A stretch of DNA of 64,000 nucleotides from Podarcis liolepis (taxonomy: Eukaryota). The notes under the pieces are model-generated. The model made no database searches. It had not been told where the DNA came from and saw only the letters and a list, made by a program, of their open reading frames with translations. The position numbers and the translations under genes are program-made. Of the stretch, positions 12,901-24,900 are shown piece after piece (positions within the stretch are counted from its first letter, which is position 1; each line of letters starts with the position of its first letter). The DNA is taken from assembly GCA_965112155.1 (NCBI GenBank), contig OZ218098.1. One strand, written 5' to 3'.

Positions 12901-15900
12901 GTTGGTTGTTAAATTGCTAACTGCTTAATTATTTACTGTTCTGTTACTGGTTTGTCAATGCTGTGCTTTCTTTCTTCCTTACTATTACTTTCTATTTAAA
13001 TTATGTATAATTTTTTAAAAAAATGTTAATGGTGGTGTTAATAACAATGATGGCAAAAAAGACTGCATGCTAGGTGAGCCTCCCTTGGGAAATAGTTCCA
13101 CAAAAAGGCCACTACCCCAGTCACCACCCACCTTGCCTCAGAGAGATGGCACATTTCAGATGAGAGCCTTCAAAGACAAAGCCTTGTGTGTTAGATGATG
13201 GCCAGTGCAGTCAAATCTCAGAAGCGGCTGCTGCTGCATTCGATGGGATTCAAACGTAACTGGACCTAAGATTACAGAATTAAGCTGGGCAATGTTGTAA
13301 CTTGTTAATATTCAGTGGGACTTACTTCCTAGTGTGCATTGAGTTTAGACTGCAGCCTCAGTTAGCATTTGTGTCTCAGAAGTTATGTGTATCGTCCTGC
13401 AAAAAGAGTAAGCAAAATCCATACCCTTCCTTTAACAGTGCCTGAAGTACCAAAGAAACCTGTTCCAGAAGAGAAAGTTGTGCCTAAAAAGCCAGAGGTG
13501 CCAGCAGCTAAAGGTGTGTGCATTTCATGAATTCAACAAATAAGATACTCCTATCCCATCAGTTCCTTACTGTTCCTTTAGTGTCTACACTTCATTTCTT
13601 TCATACTTCCTTGTCATTATTCTTCACATAGAATACATGGCAGCAACGATAGCACTTCTTAGTCATGTTGTATATATGGTATACAGTAGTACCTTGGTTC
13701 TCAAACTTAATCAATTCCAGGAGTCCATTTGACTCCCAAAACCGTTCAAAAACCAAAACGCAGCTTCCAGTTGGCTGCAGGAGCTTCCTGCATGCAAGCG
13801 GAAGCCGCGTTGGATGTTTGCAGCATTCGGGAGCCGATTTGTTCGACAACTAAGCTATTCGAAAACCAAGGTACCACTGCACGTGTTTAAGTTCACATTA
13901 TTGAAGCTCTTATGTGTCCACCTGCTACCATTCTGTGACAGGATTAACATATGCTACCTTTGGAATAAATGGCATTAACATAAGCTAATCTTATTCAGTG
14001 CCTGAGGTACCAAAGAAACCTGTCCCAGAAGAAAAAGCTCCAGTGGCTGTGCCAAAGAAGCCAGAACCTCCACCTGCCAAAGGTAGGCCTCATTTTTAAA
14101 GAAAGAATGACAAGTTAGTACTACCAGCTGGAACTTGCTGGAACTCAGTTCTGGCACCTCTCAGGTGGGCGCCATTGCCATTCTAAGGAAACAAAGTCCG
14201 GCACCTCTTTTTCTAGAAAAATAGCACTGAGAAGTACACATTTTTCAAACTGAAGTCTGTTGGTGTTAGTATACTGTATATCTGCAATACCTAAATGTGT
14301 TTGGGTGAGCATAAGAAGAGACCAAAAACCCATCTAATCTAGCACATGGCTGTCACAGTGCCCAACTAAATAGATGCTAATGGGAAGTCTACAAGCAGAA
14401 CATGGGCACTACAGCACTCTTCTCACTTGCGATTTCCCAGAAGCTGGTTTTGAGGAGCATACTGCCTCTACTCTGGAAGTAATACACAACCATAATGACT
14501 GGTAGCCACTGGTAGCCTTATTCCCCTATGAACCCCTTTTGAAGGCCAACCAATTTGGTGGTCATCACTGCATTAAGAACAACATGTCAGAATCATGAAC
14601 TCAAATGATGGATCTGTGCTGCAGTTTAATGTTGTGGTTGTGTGTGTGTGTTTGCAACTGTGTATGTTTCTTAAATGACTTGTTGTAAAAAAAATAATAT
14701 TAATGTTTTCAAGTGCCTGAGGTGCCAAAGAAAGTTGTTCCGGAAAAGAAAGTACCAGCTGAAGTGCCTAAGAAACCGGAAGCTCCACCTGCTAAAGGTG
14801 TGTATTACTCGTAACGCATGAAACAGCTTTGTTTGCTCTTGGGAGGAATATTTAACCTTTATCAAGGGGAGAGACAGGAAAATATCGATTTCCGTCTGTG
14901 TGTTTTCTACTGTGTGATCCATAAAGAAAGACAGGAGGCTTACTACTGTACTGCTTAATTGTGTCATACCAGTTCTCTACAGTTTTGTCCTTATTTTTGA
15001 AGTTCTGTGTTCTACGACTTTCATGTGTCCTTAGTATATTCTGCACATTCTTTGATATTCGCATTCTTAATTGAAATTATTTTCCCTTCAAGTTCCGGAA
15101 GTACCCAAGAAAGTGGTCCCTGAGGAAAAAGCAAAGGTTCCTGAGCCTAAAAAACCAGAGCCTCCTGCTGTTAAAGGTACATGTCATAACCAGAAACGCC
15201 ACAAAGAACTTCAGATTTGCTTTGTAGATGTAACATTAGTTTCACATAACTGAATATTTATGAAAGTATGTTTAATAGTCTTATTTTCCCTCTGAGATGA
15301 CTCCTCATAATGCAGTCATATGTAATATGTGTCCCACATGTATTTTAGAAAAAAGATAGCCCTTTATGTTGGTTTCCCTTCCCCTTGTTTGCTCTTGTTA
15401 ATTACTGGCATACATCACTGAAGCCCAAGACTTAAAACAATTTACTATCTTTGAAGTTCCTGAGGTGCCAAAGAAAATCCCAGAAGAAAAAGTACCCGTG
15501 AAAAAGCCTGAACCTCCAGCACCCAAAGGTATATCTTAGCATCTTGGGAATATTTGTATTCTTATTGTTTTGCACGTTTAGTTCTTTCAAATTCGCCACC
15601 TCCTCGGATTTCTTTCTACTGTTTTGGTGGCAAACTCAAATCTGTTCACTCGATTCTGTGAACAGATCTAAGGAGTGCTGCTTGAGTTTCTTGTATAATC
15701 TGTTTTTCCCTTGCGTTTTGCTCATCTCTTCTACATTTAGAAAGCTGGCGCATGTTTTAATCTGTTTATTGTTATTTTAGCCTTCTCAAAAGTCTTAAAT
15801 TACTGTTGTTAATTCTTCTTATCAATAATTGTATTATCTTTCTTTGTAAACCCCTTTGAGGATTTGTTTTTTATTTTACTTTATTTTTACAATCAAGCAG

Positions 15901-18900
15901 TATATAAAATTTCTCGTGAAAGTAAATAAATAAATCGGACATTAAAACTGACCAATGTCTTTTAAAGTGCCAGAAGTTCCCAAGAAAGTCATTCCAGAAA
16001 AGAAACCGCCTGAACCAGAAGCTCCACCAGCTAAAGGTACATGTCAACATTATTGTGGTCACATGGAAGCATCTTCTTATTCTGATGTGTTTGTTGTACT
16101 TTGTGTTCCTTGTTTTCTCTTATGATGTACAAGATGTCTTCTTCATGTGAGATATTCAGAAGGCTTTCAGCCTATTTATAAAATAATTTCTTTATTAGCT
16201 TACTCTTAGCTCCTGGTGAGTGATCTGCCATCCAGGCTGTTAACCTATTTACTTTCAGCAACCCTGGCAGCAGAAATTTACTGGAAAATAAACTGTGTAG
16301 TTCATATACTTAAGGAAAATTCAAATGAGAATGTACCAGGAAGCATCTCCATCCCTTACTAATGCTATGCTCATCTTCCATTGATTATGATAATTTAACA
16401 GAAGGACAAAGAAATAGGATGGCAATTAAACTGCCACACTTTATAGAGATCTGCATAACTTCTCAGGAAAGGGAAGGAGGACTCATTTAACAAAACAAAA
16501 ACAAACTAGGGATATAGCATGAAAATAAAGAAAATATACTGTCTGCATTTGTGGAGAGGAGGAGAAAATTGTATTTGAATATCGTTTTTGTCACTGTTTT
16601 CAAGTTTTGTGTTCATTGTTTTCAAATCTTTTATATCTTTGACAATCACACATTCAAAACTAATATCTTTTAAGTGCCTGAAGTGCCCAAGAAAATTGTC
16701 CCAGAAGAAAAAGTACCAAAGAAACCAGAACCTCCCCCTGCTAAAGGTATTTGTCAATTCTGAAATAATCATAGTGAAAATATTTGGGTACAATGCTGCT
16801 TATATAGAATCAGTGGTAAAACTCCCATGGGTTTTAAATGGAGCAGGATTCCAGCTTTTGCCTTGCTCCCATGCCTTCAGTTCCTTCATTTATTACTTCC
16901 CATTGAAATGTGGCATTTATTAGGCACAATCCGGGTGAAGCTAAGCACTTTTAAGGCTAAAGTTCTATGCACACATCTGAGAGAATGTACACCATGGGAC
17001 TTCCTTCTGACTAAACATGAGCAGGAAGTTTATGCATGTCCCATTAATTTCAGTGGAAGGATTAAGCACAAAGTGCTTAACTTTAACTGGATTATGCCCA
17101 AAGTAACATGTAATCCAAATGCATATCAGATACATTTTTATAGTCTTTTTGATCATATTGAGTAAGAAAAGCCAGAAGTTTATGAGCTGCCAGTGACATT
17201 TAGGTTGCATTGAGCTTGGTGGGTCACAAAGAAGTTGGTGGTACGCCTAGGCAATGAATGTCGATAATAAATCAAAATACAAAATATCAACAGGCCAAAG
17301 AAGACATGTAAACTTCCTGTTGTGTTGTGTCATCTTCCTATAAGGTGGCAAAATTCTTGTCAAAGGCATAAACTTATTTATTATCCATTCAAGTCATTGG
17401 ATGTTAATGTGAACATCCTATTACTATGTACTTGGATTTTACCATCATTTTGAGTATATCATTGGGTTTGGAGAATTAAGGAGAACACCTTAGGAATATA
17501 TGATGGCCCAGAAGAAAATATTTATCAAATATTTATCAGTTCATATATAGTCATCAGTAATAGAGTAAATATAACCAAGGCTAAAACCACTCCAATCTTT
17601 TTACAGATTTACTGTTTATGAGGAGTGGGGGTGTAATGCTATCTTGTCACAGTGGGATTGTAAATGCATTTTCTTTGTTTGTGTTTGATACCCTTGTTTT
17701 CCATCTGCATTGTCTGAATTAGTGATTGTTTTAATGAAAGAGAAAAGCGAGAGGCTGAGATAGATCTTCAATGTTATGTAGTAGATAATGTTGTATATCG
17801 TCATGTTTTGTGTCTCACGGTTTCTTGATCTCATAATCTTGCACATTGCATTTCGAATTAATAATAGTAAAACAAACAAATATCTTTAAAGTGCCAGAGG
17901 TGCCCAAGAAACCTGTGCCTGAAGAGAAGGTCCCTACTCTCAAAAAGAAAGAACCACCAACACCTAAAGGTATATGTTATATCTGATCAAATCTTGAAGC
18001 GAAAAACATCATTTTCTTATACTCTTGATCATTGATCATCTTTTGGATATCCTTATGAGTCTATGTCATGCATTCTTTTCAGTAGCTTTCTGTGGCTAGC
18101 ATCTCCATCCTTATAGTTCTACTGCTGGTACAAGTGGAGTTGTACTTCATGGTAGTTTGTTGTTACAAGATTCTGGGGACAAAAGCATGCATGCCCCCTC
18201 ACCTTACATCTTGAGCTTTGACATTTTCCCATCTTTTACATTTCATTGTGCTTTCAAAATTCAATAGTAAGCATTAACTAATATCTTTAAAGTGCCGGAA
18301 GTGCCCAAGAAGGCTGTCGTCGAAGAGAAAGAACCAACTCCTGTGCTTAAAAAGCCTGTACTTAAGGAACCAGAACCTCCTCCTGTTAAAGGTACATTTC
18401 AGCATTAATGCAGTTATAAAGAATGTGGTTTTGATGCAGGTGTTTAAAGCAGATGTCTGGGAGATTCTTGTTCTGTCTGTGCTCCGTTGCTTAAAATTTC
18501 TTTTGTAAACAATACTGTTGGTTCAGTCCAGTGTGTGAGAGAAAAAGTGCTTAGCTGTGCTGAACTTCATCACGACTGCTTTCTCTGTGTCCTAGTATGC
18601 AAACACAATTGCTGATTTTGTTATAATTGTGCATTATGTTTCAATCTTCTTCTTCATATTAGCTACATATCTCTTGCCCCTTCTTAAAAGTAAAACTAAT
18701 CTCTTTTAAGCACCCAAAGTACTTCGGAAAACTGTGCCAGTTTAAAAAGTAACTCTTGTTTTACCTAAAGAACCAGAACGCTTTGCTGTGTCTGAAGAAC
18801 CAGAGACCATTAGTGTTTATGAAGAAGAAAAAGTCACTGTTGAGTATGAAGAAGAAGTCGTCACTGTTGTTGCCGAAGAACGTCAACCTGCTATTGTGCC

Positions 18901-21900
18901 TAAGAAACCCAAGCCTACCATTGTCCCTAAGAAACCAGAAGCTGCAGCCGTGCCGAAACCACCAAAGGCTGTACTTAAGAAACCAGAACGCCCACCTGCT
19001 AAAGAGACCTTGGAATATGAAGAAGAACGAGAGGTGCAAACGATTGTTGGGTACAGAGAGCGAATACATGTTTCTGTCCACCAGGACATAGAGGCTATAG
19101 TTGCACTTGAAGAACCCGAGAGTGCTTCAGCTTTTGAGATCACAGAGCCTGAGCAATACTTTATTGAGGGATCAGAGGAGATTATTTCACTTGAAGGACC
19201 CGAAGCTGTCCCAGAAGAACCAGAAGCCGTTGCTGCTCCGGAAGAAATGAAACCTGCTATTGTGCCAAAAAAGCCGAAGCCTACTGCTGTAGCTAAAAAG
19301 CCAGAACCTGCAGCTGCACCCAAGAAACCAGAACCTATTGCAGTGCCTAAAAAGCCGAAACTTGCTCCTGTACCTAAAAAACCGGAGCCTCAGAAGCCAG
19401 AACCCTTGTTTAAAAAACCAGAACGCCCACCAGCTACAGAGATCGAAGAGCACGAAGAGGAACGAGAGGTGCAGACTTTTATTGGAAAGAGAGAGCGACA
19501 ACATGTTTCCGTCCACCTAGACATAGAGGCCATAACTCCTTTTGAGGAACCTGAGAGCGCTGCAGCTTATGAGATGGAAGAAGAAGAACAATACGTCATT
19601 GAGGGGTCCGAGGACATCGTTTCCCTTACAGGACCTGAGCCTGTTGCTGTCCCTGAGGAACCCCAAGTCGTTGCTGCTCCTGAGGAACCTAAACCTGCTC
19701 TTGTGCCCAAGAAACCCAAGCCTGTTGCTGCGCCTAAGAAACCTGAACCCGAAGCTGCTCCCAAGAAACTAGAACACGTCGTGGTGACGAAAAAGCCGAA
19801 ACCTGCCGCTGTGCCTAAAAAACCAGAGCTTGCGGCACCGCCCAAGAAGCCCGAACCCTTGTTCAAAAAACCAGAACGCCCACCAGCTAAAGAGATTGAA
19901 GAGCACGAAGAGGAACGAGAGGTGCAGACTTTTATTGGAAAGAGAGAGCGGCAACATGTTTCCGTCCACCAAGACATAGAGGCCATAACTGCTTTTGGGG
20001 AACCTGAGAGCGCTGCAGCTTATGAGTTGGAAGAGGCAGAACAATACGTCATTGAGGGGTCTGAGGACATTCTTGCACTTGAAGCACCTAGAGCTGCTCC
20101 TGAGGAACCAGAAGTCATTGCTGCTCCTGGCGAGCCTACGGAAGTACCTAAGAAACCAGCAAAAGGTATATGGCATAATCTTTTCCCGTACAAAGAGTAT
20201 GTCTTCCTTAAAGCAGAATGTTGACAAGCGTTGCTTTGCCAACTTTCTGCTGAGCAATTCGAAAAACTGCTCTTGGAAACAAAGTTGTTGTGTGTATACA
20301 TTGGTGTGTGGGTGTGTGAAAGAGAGAAAGGTTCTTTCTGATTCTGCAAAGCAATTTGCTTAGGCCTGCAAGAATTTGAAATTTCCATTATTAATTGACA
20401 TGAAAGTAAAAAAAAACTTAAATGTATGAATGGAAACAGATTCAGGAAGAATTATTCATTTGAAGCTGGATGAAGGTGATGTCTGATGTGCCTGTGGGTT
20501 GATGGGTCTATTTTTCCCCTGTCTTTTAACAAACCAACTAATATCTTTAAAGTGCCTGAGGTACCCAAGAAAGCTGTTCCAGAAAAGAAAGTACCAGTTC
20601 CTGTGGCTAAAAAAGTCAAACCGCCACCAGCTAAAGGTATATGTCCACACCTAAAGAAGAAAATTTCTTTGTTCTTCTTAAAATACTCTCTTCTTCTGTA
20701 CTGTCTCTCCTATAGTTTTTGCTTGACTGAAATAACCTAGTGTTCATTTTATAATACGAACTCTGTATGTATAATACAAAGTCTGTATGTCTCTAGATAC
20801 GATGTACGTCTATGTATCTGTCTGTAGCATTAATCTTGCTTTTGATACGTCCTTAATTCTTCGTTCCTCTTCTTAACATCTTGGTACCTCTTACTTCAAT
20901 ATTTCTCAAAGTAAAAATAGAAATATTATCTTTAAAGTGCCTGAAGAGCCCAAGAAAGTTGTTCCCGAAAAGAAAAAACCAGCTGCTGCACTTAAAAAAC
21001 CAGAAGCTCCTCCCGCAAAAGGTACTTTTATCATTCACAGAGAAAATCATTATCTTGCTTGCTGCGTTTGGTTCAGCTGTTGGATTTGTAAATCGTACTA
21101 ATGTGTATAAATGACAGGCTGAGCCTAACTTGGGAGGGGATGGGGGTGAGGGAGTGTTTGTGTCCAAACATAATAGGTAACTTCAGCAGCTCCGCTTTTG
21201 CTTTTAATGCCTTGTTTGTTTTACCTACATGAAAGTAAAACTAATTAACATTTCTTGAAGTCCCTGAAGTCCCTAAGAAACCTGTGCCAGAAGAAGAGGC
21301 CCCTCTTGCTGTTCCTAAAGAGCCGGAACCTCTGCCTGCAGAAGGTAGCTCTCCCTATTAATCACGACGTCATTCTTATCCAGACTGCTATGTCCGCTTT
21401 GTTTGGTCTTACGTTTTATGTGGTCCTGTATGTATATGTAAGGTGGGGTGGTGGTGGTAGAGGACTGTCTGTTCTTTATGATGTCCTTCTGTTTAAAGTC
21501 TGCCATTCTACCTTATTACAGATTTCAGGCCACAGTCTTCAATGACTGCGAGCAATTCTAACCGTGGAAAACCCACGCTTAGAATCTTGATTTGCCATTA
21601 AAGACTGAAGCTAATACTTCAATTATCTCATTTTGCACAAATTGGCTTTGGCCTTTTTGTCATCTTTCTGCTGTGTGGTGTTGCACTCCTTTTGGTTGCA
21701 ATTATAGTACTGGCCTCATTTATAGGGGCCTTAGGGAGAAATCAGAAGCAGGGCTTTTTCTTTCCTTTTTTGTCCAGCAGCAGCAAGTCTACCTGGGNNN
21801 NNNNNNNNNNNNNNNNNNNNNNNNNNNNNNNNNNNNNNNNNNNNNNNNNNNNNNNNNNNNNNNNNNNNNNNNNNNNNNNNNNNNNNNNNNNNNNNNNNNN

Positions 21901-24900
21901 NNNNNNNNNNNNNNNNNNNNNNNNNNNNNNNNNNNNNGCTATTGCCTTTATGTTGAGGGATCTGAATTGTGAACATTTGAATGAAACACAGCTGCATCAA
22001 ATAGTTGCTTCATACAAAGTTGGACCTTATCAGGCAATCAAAGCTGCCCCAACTTCTTTGAAGGGGAAAAACACATGTATATATATATAAAATCTGTGAA
22101 TCTGATGGCAACAATCCTTCTTTAAAATATGTGTGAATATAATCTGGACATACACTTTTCTAAAGCCCCATCAAATGCAGACTATATAGGCCTTTGTGCA
22201 GAGGGCTGCAGAGGGTTCCTAGAGGCCTGATGCAATTTCTGTTTACGAAAGCATCCATTTAAGGGCCTTCCATCCATTTATGTAAAAAAATACACTGTGA
22301 CACTGGTGTGTTTGTCTGTGAGTGTGTATGTTGTAATAATGTCCCCGCTATTTTGTGCAATGTGTCTCCAATTCTTCTTGCCATTTGATCTTTTAAATGG
22401 CAATCTTATCTTCATTGTCGATATTCTTTAAAGAGCCAGAAGTTACAGAGGAAATTGAACCGGAAGAACCAGTACCTGTTCCTATTCCAGAAACAGAGGA
22501 GATAATTCCAGATGAAGGTATATACTAAAGTGTGAATGAAATATACCACTTTCTTTTGTACCATCTCCATCTTGCTGAGTAAGACTTAGGTGCGTTTGTT
22601 CCGTGATGTGTATACTCCAGTATGTTTTGTTTTGTTATTTTTTGTGTGTGTGTTTGTATGCGTGTATTTCCTACGTTGTATTGCTTTCTGTAACTGTGTT
22701 GGTGATTCCCATTATCTTTGACCATGTAAACACCTCTCCCTCTTAATTGACTTGGAAGTTTACTAATGACTTTTTCAAAAACTTTCTTGAACCTATGGGC
22801 CATCAGATATTTTGAGCTGAGTTGTTTATTTTGGCACTTGCATTACTGGGAGTTTTACGAATGGAGTCTATAAAAGTAGTTTATTTCCTTTGTTACATTA
22901 GATGGTTTACATCTGAGGTTTATATAGTATAATTACATTAGCACTGAATCTACCGCAATATCATTTAAAGAACCAGAACCGGAGAAGAAGATACCTGAAA
23001 AACCCAAACCCCGTGTACCTTTCCCACCAAAAGAGGAGGTTAAGGAGGAAAAGGTTCAGCTTAAAGGTATCAGCAGCAACCCCAACAGTATTTAACAACT
23101 TTTACTAAGCCCCAGTTTTATAACTAATGCCTATTGACACATAATAATGTTCTTTGAAAGTGTGGACTTTAGGCTGCCATCCTATTCCCACTCACCTGGG
23201 AGTAAGCCTGATTAAACTTACTTTTGAGTAGGTGTGTATAGGATTGCGCTGTTAATATATTAATGTAAGTCTAACTTAATGTTGTCTGAATGGTTTTCAG
23301 TCTAATGTCCCTACTCACTGATGGTTTTCATTTTTTTTATTGTTTCTAAATTTGTAATTAGGGTTTGCAATCCAGGTAGTTAATTTTACCTGTGCTCTAA
23401 GGCCTTATGCATGGTGTAGAAAACCTCCCATTACATTCAATCAGTCACTGTGCTTTGCAGATAGAGAGCCTCCTTCAGATACCATCTTACCAAGAGCTTT
23501 GTTCCACATAATGTAGGAATCAGGCCTTAAGTGTCTTGGCACCTACCCATTGGAATTCTGTCCTATTAAACATTAGACAAGTGATGTCTCTGTTGCCTTT
23601 TTGGTACCTACTGAAGATCTTCCTCTTTCAACAAGCCTTTTAAATAGAGATCTTTCCCAGTCTGCATCTGTATTGGAATTGTATTGGGTGTTTTTAGATG
23701 AATTAATTGTTTTGTCTTTTGTGTGTTTGCTGCCCTGGGCTCCTTCAGAAGGAAGGAAAGGTTATAAATTTAACAAATGATGACGACGATGTCACCTCAC
23801 AAACTGCTTTTGAAACTCTCCTGAGTTTCAAACACCAGTCAACGTGTGGCATGTTTGTTTGCTGTCTGAGATTCAGAAGTCCAGAGTCCTACTGAGTGTG
23901 TGAAACTTGTTTTATAGTTCTTTGGATTGTATTTAGTTATTTGAAAGTGCATGTGCCAAGCATGGATGTAATATAGCTAGCATTCAGAATTAAGGATAGA
24001 GAAAATGGAACTCAAAGCATTATAGACAGGGAGGAAGATTTATTACTTCCTAATGAAAATCAGTAGTGGATTATCAAAATAAACAACTATATGTAGCCTT
24101 TTTAAAGGTTCCATAAAAAAATTACTCCACATCCCACATTTTGCAATATTCTGGTCTTATACAGCATCATGAAAAGAATCAAACATAATTTAATATTTCA
24201 AAGTGTATCACCTAAGTAATATTTGGTCCTACAAGAATTGCATTTACTTTTGAAAAATCTGTTCTTTTCCCACCATCTCAAATCAGAGGGAAATAGATCC
24301 TCTTCCCAAAACAAGATTCCACCCCACCACTGCACACACTTTTGCAATAATAGTTTCACGCAAAATTCACAGCGAAAAACTTGGTTATAGGGTCTTTATA
24401 GCTCATGTGAAGAAGGAACATTGTGGCTACACAATCTATTAAAGTTTCAACCGAAGTGGATGTCCTCTCTGCTAAGTATATATAGATCCAGTGAAAACAA
24501 ATTCTTGTATGATCAGATATGCTAGAACCAAAGTAAGCAATGTAAAGTCTTCAGGCTGCATGTATCCTAAGAAGGCCCTTCCCCAGCCCAAGCAGCCACT
24601 ATGTGGTAAGTTGTCCACAGACCCTTGTGTCTTGTTCTCATCTTAAAGAGCACTAGACTGTAGTTTTTAGTATATTTCACAAAGTAGTATATTTTTCATT
24701 CCATTTCCATGTGTGACTTCCAGTGGTTGTTTTGTGTTCAACTCGATTCACTTTTTTCCTATTTTCTTTTTACTGAAGCATACTTTCATTTCGGATGGAG
24801 TATTCTGTGGCTTCTTCATCATGGCCTTGTTATCATGACTAACAATATTATACAGTGGCACCTCAGTTTTCGATCTTCTCAGAAGCCAAACATTTCGGTT

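Noticed and set aside
8688-20388. Many antisense and alternate-frame ORFs over the giant exons
   Set aside because: They are shadows of repetitive P/E/V/K codons, with no independent gene signals.
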